DNA of 64,000 bases from Gemmatimonadota bacterium (lineage in GTDB: Bacteria > Gemmatimonadota > Gemmatimonadetes > Palauibacterales > Palauibacteraceae). The notes under the pieces are model-generated. The model saw only the letters and a list, made by a program, of their open reading frames with translations. It had not been told where the DNA came from and ran no database searches. The stretch lies in contig OZ220691.1 in assembly GCA_965116475.1 (NCBI GenBank), positions 2,208,001 through 2,272,000 of the forward strand. The letters are read 5' to 3'. Position 1 is the first letter of the stretch; the number at the start of each line of letters is the position of its first letter. Made by a program: the position numbers and the translations under genes. Positions 29,734 to 38,687 of this stretch are shown piece after piece.

Positions 29734-29810
29734 GGAATTGCCTCCGAGAGTGGAAAGTGGCGAATCGCCCGAATGTAGCGGCATTTCAACGCGGGTTGCT
29801 AGTATCAGGC

Positions 29811-30674
29811 ATGAAGACTCTACGGATGTTCCGGCTGGCGTTCCGACCGACGTTCCGGCCGGCGTTCCGACCCGTTTCCCCCACCGCGTCCAGTGCCGCG
29901 TCCTGCGTCACGTACTGTGCCGGGCTCGTCCTGCTCGCCGCCGCCTGCGGCCCCCGTCCCCCGGCGGACGAAGACGCCTCCGGTTCGGTCGCGGAAGCCG
30001 ACCTCACCGCTGCGCAGGAACTCGTGGCGCGATCCGTGGCCTTCCACGATCCGGGCGGAATCTGGGGCAGCCGGTCGATCTCGATGTCGTGGGTCGGGAC
30101 CGACGGAGAGGGCGGGGAACGCGTCGCCGTCGACCTGGAGTTCGGCGCGGACGAGCGCGACTTCGCCCTGGCGGGACGCTATCGAGGCTCCTCGATCGAG
30201 TACGGGACGACGGCCGCCGGCTGGTCCGCGACCGTCGACGGGCTCGCGCAGGCGGACCTCGCCGACGCGGACCGCGAGCGGATGCGCCTCCATCGCGAGG
30301 ACGGAATGTTCTGGCGCAGCTACTACGGGTTCCTGGCGGGTCTTCCGATGAAGATCCCCGACCCCGGCGCCCATCTCGACCCCGACATCATCGAGACCGC
30401 CTTCATGGACCGGGAGGTCCACGCCGTTCGGGTCACCTACGACCCCGATACCGGCGGCGACACGTGGTACTTCTACTTCGACCCCGGGACCGCGCAGCTC
30501 GTGGGCTGCCGCTTCTACCACGACGAGAGCGCGAACGACGGCGAGTACATCGTCTTCGAGGGCCTGGCCGAGGGCGGCGGACTGCGTCTGCCGCGGCTGC
30601 GGGGCTGGTACGTGAACGCCGACGGCCGTCACCTGGGGACCGATGAGGTGGGGACGATCCGCGTCGGCCCGTGA
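29811..30674 (+). CDS. DUF6503-like lipoprotein
   Basis: Lipobox LAAAC; GLPMK..DPG, DTWYFYFDP, FYHDE..NDGEYI. Confidence 0.65.
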   Translation: MKTLRMFRLAFRPTFRPAFRPVSPTASSAASCVTYCAGLVLLAAACGPRPPADEDASGSVAEADLTAAQELVARSVAFHDPGGIWGSRSISMSWVGTDGEGGERVAVDLEFGADERDFALAGRYRGSSIEYGTTAAGWSATVDGLAQADLADADRERMRLHREDGMFWRSYYGFLAGLPMKIPDPGAHLDPDIIETAFMDREVHAVRVTYDPDTGGDTWYFYFDPGTAQLVGCRFYHDESANDGEYIVFEGLAEGGGLRLPRLRGWYVNADGRHLGTDEVGTIRVGP

Positions 30675-30702
30675 CCCGGTCCGGCCCGTAGTCCCGGGCG
30701 GG

Positions 30703-31251
30703 GTGGCTCGGCCGCGCCGGGAGGGCCGCAACTCCGGAGCTGCGGTCGCCGTCCTCTTCGCCGCCCTCGCGGCGGTGCGGTGCTCGGAGTCGACGCCTCC
30801 CCCGCCGTCCCCGCCGCCTCCCATGCCGAGCGGGGACTGCGTCCTGTCCTTCGTGATCGACGGAGATTCGGTCCGCTGCGCCGATGGCCGGGAGATCCGG
30901 CTGCTCTCCATCGACGCTCCGGAGATGGCGCAGGAACCGTGGGGCGCCCGCGCCCGCGACGAGTTGCTGCGGGTGGCCCCGGTGAGCACCACGCTCGGGG
31001 TGGAGTACGACGCGGTTCGCGTGGACACCTTCGACCGGGACCTCGCCTATCTCTTCCTTCCCGGCGGGGACATGCTGAACGAACACATGGTGGCGAGCGG
31101 GTACGCCCTCGCGTTCATCATCCCGCCCAACCGCCGATACGCGGACCGCATCGAGGCCGCGGAAGCCGCCGCCGAAGCCGAGGGGCGAGGTCTGTGGGGC
31201 GAATGGGGCTTCACGTGCCGCCCCGTCGACTTCAGGCAGGAGCGCTGCTGA
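30703..31251 (+). CDS. Thermonuclease (SNase-like) family protein
   Basis: VIDGDS, IRLLSIDAPE, DTFDRDLAY, LNEHMVASGYA, GRGLW. Start approximate. Confidence 0.88.
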   Translation: MARPRREGRNSGAAVAVLFAALAAVRCSESTPPPPSPPPPMPSGDCVLSFVIDGDSVRCADGREIRLLSIDAPEMAQEPWGARARDELLRVAPVSTTLGVEYDAVRVDTFDRDLAYLFLPGGDMLNEHMVASGYALAFIIPPNRRYADRIEAAEAAAEAEGRGLWGEWGFTCRPVDFRQERC

Positions 31252-32524
31252 CGCTGGCGGGAGTCCCGTCGTCCCGCCGGGCAGGGGCGCGCGTGACGCG
31301 GCGGAAGGCGAGGGCGGCGAGGAGGCCGATGGCGCCGAATCCGGCGACGGCGGCGAACACGTGCTGGTGCCCGGGGAGTCCCGGCGAATTGTCGAGGAGG
31401 ACGCCCATGAGCGGTCCCATGAACACGTCGGGGGTGAAGCCGAGGACGGAGACGACGCCCGCCGCGCTCCCGGTGTAGGCGAGCGGCACGGCCCCCTCGG
31501 CCAGGAGGGCGAAGTAGACGCCGCGCAGCGCGTAGATTCCGACGCTGGCGGTGACGATGGTGGCGATGAGCATCCAGGCCGGTCCGGGCACGAGGAGGCC
31601 GGAGGCGATGAGCAGGCAGCCGCCGATGAGGATCGCGAACCCCCACACGATCACGCGGGAGGCGTCGATCCGGTCTCCGAGGAAGCCCGCCGCGATGGCC
31701 GCGGCGGCGCGGATCCAGAAGGCCAGCGTGCCGATCGCCGAAGCCTGGACGTCGTCGAAGCCGAGCGCGTCCCGCGACAGGAGCGAGAAGTCGTCCGTCG
31801 CCTTGTACCCCGTGTAGGCGCAGATGACGATGACGGCCTGCAGCCACACGGCCGGCATGCGGCACGCGGCTCGCACCCCCTCCAGCGACAGCTTCGGCTG
31901 GTCGCCGGCGTCGCCGCCGGGGGTGCTGTCGGGCACGACGAGCCACACGAAGACGGCGCTGGCGAGAGTGATGCCGGTGAAGACCCGGATCACGCCGCGG
32001 AAGGCCGCGGCCCGCTCCTCGGGCGTGGTCGAGGCCGCCTCGCCCGGCAGGAGCCAGGCGAAGACGGCCACCGAGAGGGTCGCGACGAGCGCCGCCAGGA
32101 GGCCCCGGCCCCCGTCCAGGAGGCCGTAGGCGCGGCCCTGGGCCGACTGTCCGCCCCACTCCCGCGCCGCCCGGATCATCGCGGCCCAGAAGAGGAGGAC
32201 CGTCGTCATCCCCCAGAACGCCCACAGCAGGTTCATCGTCCGGGGCGGAGGAAAGTCGGCGAGCACGATCCCGCCGAGGCCGGTCGTGAGCAGCGCGAGC
32301 GCCATGAGCCCCCGGGCCGAGAACCGATCCGCGAGCGGGCCGCCGGCGAAGTAGGCCGCCATCGCCACGATTCCGTACAGCGAGAAGGCGGTCCCCAGTT
32401 CGAGGTTGGTGATGCCGAACGCGTCGAGCAGCGTCGGGCGGAAGACGCGCGCGAGGACGAAGGGGAGCAGGAAGACCCCCTCGCCCGCCGCGATGAGCGC
32501 GACGAGGACGAGCCCTCGCCTCAC
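31232..32524 (-). CDS. MFS transporter
   Basis: About 12 hydrophobic segments; motif A GGPLADRFSAR and GFLGDR. Confidence 0.9.
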   Translation of the reverse strand: MRRGLVLVALIAAGEGVFLLPFVLARVFRPTLLDAFGITNLELGTAFSLYGIVAMAAYFAGGPLADRFSARGLMALALLTTGLGGIVLADFPPPRTMNLLWAFWGMTTVLLFWAAMIRAAREWGGQSAQGRAYGLLDGGRGLLAALVATLSVAVFAWLLPGEAASTTPEERAAAFRGVIRVFTGITLASAVFVWLVVPDSTPGGDAGDQPKLSLEGVRAACRMPAVWLQAVIVICAYTGYKATDDFSLLSRDALGFDDVQASAIGTLAFWIRAAAAIAAGFLGDRIDASRVIVWGFAILIGGCLLIASGLLVPGPAWMLIATIVTASVGIYALRGVYFALLAEGAVPLAYTGSAAGVVSVLGFTPDVFMGPLMGVLLDNSPGLPGHQHVFAAVAGFGAIGLLAALAFRRVTRAPARRDDGTPASVSSAPA

Positions 32525-32546
32525 CGGAGGCCCCTGCGGTTGCGGT

Positions 32547-32606
32547 TCAGCGGTCGGGCTGGCGGCTCAGCGGTCGGGCCGGCGCCTCAGCGGTCGGGCT
32601 GGCGCC
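32547..32606. repeat. ~20-bp tandem repeat x3 duplicating the cyanophycinase stop region
   Basis: TCAGCGGTCGGGC(T/C)GGCG occurs three times. Confidence 0.8.
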
Positions 32607-33507
32607 GGGGCCACGGGCGCCCTTCGACGCGGCCGAGCGGTTGAAGCCCGCGGGCCGGACGGTAGGCCTGACGCTCCGCCAGGTCGTACTGGTCGCCCGG
32701 GGCGAGGAAGTAGAACAGGCCGCCGCTGTCGAGCGTGCTCTGGTTGTCGTAGATGACGACGTACGACTCTCCGATGACCTCGAAGCGGTCGCCCTGCACG
32801 ACGATCGCGGTGTTCTCGTCGATCCCGATGCCGAGGAGTTCGGGCCGGGCTTCGATGATCTCCAGCAGGTCGAAGTGCCGGTTTCTGTACAGGAGGTGCT
32901 GGTCGACCGCGGTGTTGCGGAGGAAGCCGAACCCTTCTTCGTGGCTCCCCATCATGATCGTGTTCGTCGCCGTGTCGCCGCGGGCCAGGTACGACCCCTG
33001 GATCGTCGCGCCGGCGGACGAGCCGCCGATCACCCCGCCGCGCTCGAGGAGCGCCCACAACTCCTCCTCCGTGCGCGTCCCCGCGTAGGAATCGACCAGG
33101 CGCCACTGCCGGCCGCCCGTAAACCAGACGCCGGTCGCCTCCCGGATCGCGGCCACGAACGCTTCGCTGTTCGCCTCGTCCCGGTCGTTCGTGTGGCGGA
33201 CCGTCAGGTGCTCGACGCCCGCAGCCTGGAAGGGCCTCACGCCGCCGAACGACGGCCCGTAGGACTCGGCCCCGCCCGCCGTGGGGATGACGACGATGCG
33301 CGCGTCCGTCCCGCCAGCCAGTTGCACGAAGCGCTCCGCGATCTCCGGGCTCCGCATCGCGCCGCCCACCACTACGAGCGACCCGTTCGGCGGGCCGACT
33401 TCCTGACCTTCGACCCCGGCGGGAGTCACCAGCGCGGCCCCGAACGCCGTCACCGCCACGGTCAGGATTGCACACGCCCCGCCCCAGGCTCGCCGCTCTG
33501 TTCGCAT
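32587..33507 (-). CDS. cphB: Cyanophycinase (S51 peptidase) with signal peptide
   Basis: LVVVGG, VIPTA, WFTGGRQWRL, GGSSAGA, VDQH, GIGIDENT. Confidence 0.88.
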   Translation of the reverse strand: MRTERRAWGGACAILTVAVTAFGAALVTPAGVEGQEVGPPNGSLVVVGGAMRSPEIAERFVQLAGGTDARIVVIPTAGGAESYGPSFGGVRPFQAAGVEHLTVRHTNDRDEANSEAFVAAIREATGVWFTGGRQWRLVDSYAGTRTEEELWALLERGGVIGGSSAGATIQGSYLARGDTATNTIMMGSHEEGFGFLRNTAVDQHLLYRNRHFDLLEIIEARPELLGIGIDENTAIVVQGDRFEVIGESYVVIYDNQSTLDSGGLFYFLAPGDQYDLAERQAYRPARGLQPLGRVEGRPWPRRQPDR

Positions 33508-33617
33508 CGTTCGACCCTCTCGATTCGGTTGCGCCTCCGGTCTTCCGGCGGACGATCTCACGGTACGGGGATGGCGGAGGCCCGGCGACCCCGGCGGTTC
33601 GCGGCTCCCGGGCCGCC

Positions 33618-33686
33618 GCTCGCCGCCCGTCGCTCGCCGCCCCTTGTCGCTCGCCGCCCGTCGCTCGCCGCTTGTCGCTCGCCGCG
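33618..33686. repeat. Intergenic tandem repeat (GTC)GCTCGCCGC x5
   Basis: Visible 14-18 bp periodicity between divergent genes. Confidence 0.75.
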
Positions 33687-33738
33687 GGCCGCGTCACGTT
33701 GCGGGGCCAACGATCCCGGCGACCCGGAGACGCAGCCC

Positions 33739-34272
33739 ATGTCCACACCGCCCATGTCCACGCCGCCCCGTGGCAGCCCCTGGCAAAAGCTCGTTCTCCC
33801 CGGCTCCGCTCTCTGTCTGGCGGCGCTGGCCGGGAGTCTCGTCGGCTCCGCGCCGCCCGACGCGGAGCGGCCGCCGTCGCCGCAAGCCGACGCTCTCGCG
33901 GGCGCCTGGGCCGCGCACGAATACGTCCTGGCGAGCGGCGCGCGGCATCCCGTGCGCGGGCGCATCATCTTCACGGACGGCGAGTGGCAGGTCCTCTTCT
34001 TCGTCATGGACGGCGACGAGCCGCGGCGCGGCTCCGGGGAGGGCGGCCGCTACACCTTCGACGGAGAGACGCTCACCTTCGAGCACCTCCATCACCTCTC
34101 CTACGGACGCACGATGGCGGGGCTCCCGGCGAGCCCGCTGGCGATGACGGCCCGGGACGGGGAGGGGCCGTTCGAACCGACCGGAGTCGAGATCGACGGC
34201 GACGCGCTGACGCTGCGTTTCCCGAGCGGAAACGCGATGTTCTTCACCCGCAGTTCTGCCTGCTGCCCATGA
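33739..34272 (+). CDS. Secreted hypothetical protein (lipocalin-like beta-barrel)
   Basis: Signal peptide, LAGAW, beta-rich, GRYTFDGETLTF; ATGA overlap with the next gene. Confidence 0.65.
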   Translation: MSTPPMSTPPRGSPWQKLVLPGSALCLAALAGSLVGSAPPDAERPPSPQADALAGAWAAHEYVLASGARHPVRGRIIFTDGEWQVLFFVMDGDEPRRGSGEGGRYTFDGETLTFEHLHHLSYGRTMAGLPASPLAMTARDGEGPFEPTGVEIDGDALTLRFPSGNAMFFTRSSACCP

Positions 34273-35597
34273 CGGGTGCAGGCGCGGGTACGGGCACGGG
34301 TACGGGCGCCGGCGCGGGTGCGGGCGCGGGAGATGATCGCTACGGCCTGATGGGCCGGAGGGAGTGGCTCCGCCTCGGGGCGGCCGGCGCCGCCGCCCTC
34401 GGCCTCCCCGCCTGCGCCGCGTGGGAGGGAGACGCGCCGTCGGCCGAACTCCCGCCGCTCCGGACCCCGGCCGGCACGGGCGACGCGGACTGGGCCGATG
34501 TGCGCGCGCACTTCCTCGTCGAACCCGGCACGGCCTACCTGAACAACGCGAGCATCGGCATGCCGCCGCGGCAGGTCGTGGACGCGGTCGCCGCGGGGTA
34601 CCGGGCCATGGCCGAACTTCCCGTCCGCGGCCGTTCGGATCTGAGCGCACGGATTGCGGAACACGTCGTGCCCGGACTCGCCGGCCTGTTCTCGGTGCGG
34701 CCGGACGAACTCACGCTCACGCGCAACGCGTCGGAGGCGCTCCACCTGCAGAGCATCGGCGTCGCGCTGAGCCCCGGGGACGAAGTCCTGATCACGACCC
34801 AGGAACATCCGGCGGGCCGTCGTCCATGGGAGTTCCGGCAGGTGCGGGAGGGGGTTCGGGTGAACGAGGTCTTCATCCCCAGTCCCCTGCCCCCGGAGGA
34901 GGAGGTCCTCTCCCGCTTCGAGGACGCCATCACGCCGCGGACGCGGGCCGTCTCCTTCTGCCACGTGACCCGGGGCGGGCACCTCTATCCCGTGGGAGCG
35001 ATCTGCGGGCTCGCGCGCGAGCGTGGACTCGTGAGCCTGGTGGACGGCGCGCAGGCGGTGGGCCAGCTCCCCATCGACCTGGCCGCCCTGGGCTGCGACG
35101 CGTACAGCGTGAGCCTGCACAAGTGGATGCTGGCGCCCGCGGGGACCGGCTTCCTCTTCGTGCGGCGCGATGCGCGCGACCGCATTCGCACGGCCTTCGC
35201 GCCCGATGCGACCCCGGAGCAGCCGCAGTTCGACCCGCCGGGCACCGCGGCGTTCCCCGTGCGCGCCGCGGTCGGCACGGCGGTCGATTTCGTCGGCGCG
35301 GTCGGACTCGAGGCGGTGGAGGCCCGCTGCCGTCACCTGTCGGATCACCTCAAGTCGCGCCTCGCGGAGACGGACGGCGTCGCGCTCCTCAGCGGCGCCC
35401 GCGACCGGAGCGCGCCCGGGTCGACGATCTTCGAGAAGGAGGGTCTCGACGCGGTCGCCGCCGTGGGCGCCTTCGAGGCGAGCATTTCGACCCACATCGA
35501 CGAACACCAGCGGGACGGCCACAACGCGATCCGTGTGTCGACCCACATCTACAACACGACGGAGCAGGTGGACCGCTTCGTCGACGCCCTGGCGTAG
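34269..35597 (+). CDS. Class V PLP-dependent aminotransferase (isopenicillin-N-epimerase-like), Tat signal
   Basis: GRREWL twin-Arg, YLNNASIG, TRNASE, VDGAQ, SLHKW (PLP Lys), IRVSTHIYN. Confidence 0.9.
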   Translation: MTGAGAGTGTGTGAGAGAGAGDDRYGLMGRREWLRLGAAGAAALGLPACAAWEGDAPSAELPPLRTPAGTGDADWADVRAHFLVEPGTAYLNNASIGMPPRQVVDAVAAGYRAMAELPVRGRSDLSARIAEHVVPGLAGLFSVRPDELTLTRNASEALHLQSIGVALSPGDEVLITTQEHPAGRRPWEFRQVREGVRVNEVFIPSPLPPEEEVLSRFEDAITPRTRAVSFCHVTRGGHLYPVGAICGLARERGLVSLVDGAQAVGQLPIDLAALGCDAYSVSLHKWMLAPAGTGFLFVRRDARDRIRTAFAPDATPEQPQFDPPGTAAFPVRAAVGTAVDFVGAVGLEAVEARCRHLSDHLKSRLAETDGVALLSGARDRSAPGSTIFEKEGLDAVAAVGAFEASISTHIDEHQRDGHNAIRVSTHIYNTTEQVDRFVDALA

Positions 35598-35601
35598 CGG
35601 A

Positions 35602-35646
35602 CACGACACTGGCCCGCACGACACTGGCCCGCACGACACTGGCCCG
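35602..35646. repeat. Perfect 15-bp tandem repeat x3
   Basis: CACGACACTGGCCCG x3, intergenic. Confidence 0.9.
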
Positions 35647-35671
35647 CGCGACGGGCCGATCGGAGGCACGA

Positions 35672-36124
35672 ATGACCGGTTCCGGACGCACCCCGCAGAC
35701 CCTCGCGCTCGCCGCCCTCGGTGCCATGCTCCTCGTCGGTGTCGCCGCCGCGGGGCCGATTGCCGCGCCCGCGCAGGACGGCGCGATCTACGAGGTCCGC
35801 AACTATCACTTCGACCCGGCGCGGTTCGAGGAGTACGCGGAGGTCGCGAAGGGCGAATACATCCGCTACCTGCGCGAGCACCTGGACCTCGTCGGCTTCT
35901 GGATCGAATCGGGGGTCCCCGCGGAGATCCGGGGCGCGGAGCAGGACGAACTCGGGCCGGCGAACGTCACGTGGGTCATCCGCTGGGCGTCGAAGGAGGA
36001 ACGGGACGAAAAGCTCCCGGCGGTCCTCGGCACGCCGGAATGGCGTGAGATCTTCGCCGAAGTCCCCGGGGGTGGGGCGAGCTACCTCAGGATCGAGTCG
36101 CGCTTCATGTCGTCGCTCGACTGA
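35672..36124 (+). CDS. NIPSNAP-family protein (signal peptide)
   Basis: IYEVRNY, LVGFW, WVIRWASKEER, TPEW; RBS GGAGG. Confidence 0.75.
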   Translation: MTGSGRTPQTLALAALGAMLLVGVAAAGPIAAPAQDGAIYEVRNYHFDPARFEEYAEVAKGEYIRYLREHLDLVGFWIESGVPAEIRGAEQDELGPANVTWVIRWASKEERDEKLPAVLGTPEWREIFAEVPGGGASYLRIESRFMSSLD

Positions 36125-36144
36125 CGGTGGAGACCGTCTCGTGA

Positions 36145-38628
36145 TCACGGCACGAGGGCGGGCTCCCGCTTCCTGAGCACGAACAGGCCCTCGCGCATGC
36201 TCGACACGATGATGTTCCCCGACGGGAAGAACGGGTAGTTGCTCCAGGATCCCGCGAAGCCCGGCGCGTCCGGGCTCCCCGGCACCGTGTCGAAGAAGCC
36301 GGCCGGCACGGGGTTCTCGGGGTCGGAGATGTCGAAGATCCGGAGTCCGCTCACGTAGTTCGACTGGTACATGAAGTTGTCGCGGATGTAGAGGTTGTGG
36401 TCCGACGCCGCGTTGTCCTGCACGAACTCCCGCACGAGCACCGGGTCGTCCAGGTCCGCCACGTCCCACACCAGCGTCCGCGTCCCGGCCGTCCCGCCCG
36501 ACAGCTCATCGAGTTCGTCGTTCAGGTAGAAGTAGCGCTGGTCCTCCGACAGCCATCCCTGGTGGGAGTAGGCCACGTTCGGATAGGCGGCGTTCGAGAT
36601 GGGCGTCGGGTTGTCCTTGTCGGTCACATCTCCGATGCCGAGCTTCGTCGCGCTCGCGTTGAAGCACACCTCCTTGCCGACGTGGTCCTCGTCGGGACCC
36701 TCGTAGATCACGCACTGCGCGTCGTGGGTGTAGCCGCCCGATCCGGCGTTTCCCGTCTCCGGGTCCGCGAAACAGCCGGCGAAGGTCGGGTTCCGCGGGT
36801 CGCGGATGTCCACCATGTGCAGCGCGCCGCCGCAGGTCTCGCCGCCGCCGCTGCCGCCCACCACGTAGGCGAAGCCCGACGCTTCGTTGATGACGATGTT
36901 GTGCGCGGAGGCGAACTCGGCGTAGTGCGCGTCCTCGTTGAAATCCACCGGGGGATTGGTCACATCCCGCAGCCGGGTGAGGTCGAAGACCTGCATCCCG
37001 TGTTCGCCCGCGTTGTCCGCCACGATGAACGTGTGGTCGGCGTAGACCTTCATGTCGCGCCACAGGTTGGGCGTCGCGCCCTCGGTGAGGGGGAGGTTCC
37101 CGAGATAGACGGGATTCCCGGCGTCCGTCACGTCGATGAAGGAGGTCCCGTCGAACCGCCCCAGGATCGCGTACTCGCGGCCCGTCTGCGGATCCACCCA
37201 GCCCCAGATGTCGCTGACCATGATGCCGCGCCCGCCCCCGACGTCGCGGGCCGGCAGGAAGGAGACGAGGTCCACCTCGGAGCAGTCGAAGCCGGCGACG
37301 GTACCGGCTTCCGAGCCGGCTTCCGAGCACCGCATCTCTTCGCCCCGGACGGCGGCCAGGCCGAACTCGGTCTCGTGGATGGGCGCGGCCTCGCTCCACG
37401 TGCCGCCGGCGTCGCGCTCGAACACGAAGCCGATGCCCTCGAAGAACTCCGACCCCGGCGCTCCGACCACGGCCAAGCCGTCGCCTCCCGCGACCGAGTT
37501 GCCCATGAAGCCCATGAGCCCGCGGGTTTCGCCCTGCAGCAACGTCTCCTCGCTCCACTCGCCGTCGTCCCCCGCTTGAAGGACGTGGGCCGCGCCCGCG
37601 AAGGCGTTCGTGCCCGGCGCCCCGACCAGGAGTCGCCCGCCCGCCCCGGCGAGGGCATAGCCGAAGAAGGCCGCCGGTGACGGCGACGCGGCCGCGATCG
37701 ACCCGGCCTGGGACCACACCCCGTCGTCGTCCGCCGCGAAGCGGAAGACCGCGCCCTGCGCCTGGTTGGCGAGCGGCGAGCCGAGGTAGGCCTCTCCGTC
37801 CATGAGCACCGCCGACAGGCCGGCCACCATGCCGCCGGCCGGGGTCAGGCGCCCGACCTCATCCCAGTCGGTCCCGCTGCGGCGGAACAGGTAACCGGTC
37901 CCCGCCTGCGGTGGCGCGGGCGGCGTGAACTGGCTGAGCGCGAACGGCCCGGGTGCGCCCACGAGGGCAAGGTCGCCCTCGATACTGACGGCCGCTCCGA
38001 ATCGGGCATCGGCGGCGGCGCCGGACCCGGTGAGTTCGACCGACGCCAGGCCCATGTCGGACTGGACGTAGGCGAACACCGAACCGCTGGCGCCGCGTCC
38101 CGGCGCGCCGATGACGCCGAACTGCCCCCCGGCGCCCACGGCGATCGAGGAACCGAAGGCGTCCCCCGGCATCGCGTCCGGGGCCTCGAGCCGCTCCCAG
38201 AAGCTCCACATCCGGCCCTCGCGGACGAAAATGTACGCGGCTCCCCGGCTCTCGTTCTCCTTCGGCGCGCCGACCACGAGGATGTCGCCCTCGACGGCCA
38301 GCGCCTCTCCGAACCCGTCTCCGTACACCCCGCTCGGCGCCGGGATCGCCGCGAGCTCCACCCAGCCGTCCGCGCTCGGCCCGAATACGTGCACGCTGCC
38401 GGGTTCCGAGCCCGGCATCGGAAACGCCGCGAACTCGCCCGGCCGCGAGACGAAGATCTCGTCGCCGGACACCGCGGCCGCCGTCCCGAAGCCGATCATC
38501 GGGGCCCCGGCGGCATGGTTCAGGCCGCCCGCATGAGTCTGCGCCGCCGCCGGCCCCGGCACCGCTGCCGACAGCGCCGCCGCGAACGGAAGGAGGGAAA
38601 CGAAAAGCGCGAGATTGCGTGGTCGCAT
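36145..38628 (-). CDS. Choice-of-anchor B / LVIVD-repeat protein with N-terminal FG-GAP repeats
   Basis: FG..(A/V)A..GD..VVGAP repeats, then DIWGW, WRDMKVY, AHNIVIN, HDAQC, YSHQGW, DELDE, GSWSNYPF. Confidence 0.88.
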   Translation of the reverse strand: MRPRNLALFVSLLPFAAALSAAVPGPAAAQTHAGGLNHAAGAPMIGFGTAAAVSGDEIFVSRPGEFAAFPMPGSEPGSVHVFGPSADGWVELAAIPAPSGVYGDGFGEALAVEGDILVVGAPKENESRGAAYIFVREGRMWSFWERLEAPDAMPGDAFGSSIAVGAGGQFGVIGAPGRGASGSVFAYVQSDMGLASVELTGSGAAADARFGAAVSIEGDLALVGAPGPFALSQFTPPAPPQAGTGYLFRRSGTDWDEVGRLTPAGGMVAGLSAVLMDGEAYLGSPLANQAQGAVFRFAADDDGVWSQAGSIAAASPSPAAFFGYALAGAGGRLLVGAPGTNAFAGAAHVLQAGDDGEWSEETLLQGETRGLMGFMGNSVAGGDGLAVVGAPGSEFFEGIGFVFERDAGGTWSEAAPIHETEFGLAAVRGEEMRCSEAGSEAGTVAGFDCSEVDLVSFLPARDVGGGRGIMVSDIWGWVDPQTGREYAILGRFDGTSFIDVTDAGNPVYLGNLPLTEGATPNLWRDMKVYADHTFIVADNAGEHGMQVFDLTRLRDVTNPPVDFNEDAHYAEFASAHNIVINEASGFAYVVGGSGGGETCGGALHMVDIRDPRNPTFAGCFADPETGNAGSGGYTHDAQCVIYEGPDEDHVGKEVCFNASATKLGIGDVTDKDNPTPISNAAYPNVAYSHQGWLSEDQRYFYLNDELDELSGGTAGTRTLVWDVADLDDPVLVREFVQDNAASDHNLYIRDNFMYQSNYVSGLRIFDISDPENPVPAGFFDTVPGSPDAPGFAGSWSNYPFFPSGNIIVSSMREGLFVLRKREPALVP

Positions 38629-38687
38629 GGTACGGACTCCCGGAATTTCAGAGGGTCGAGCGGCGGAACGTATCCCCATCGCCCAGC

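Noticed and set aside
35602..35646. Short direct repeats as a possible CRISPR array (also 32547-32606 and 33618-33686)
   Set aside because: Units are contiguous with no unique spacers, under 23 bp, and no cas genes are present.
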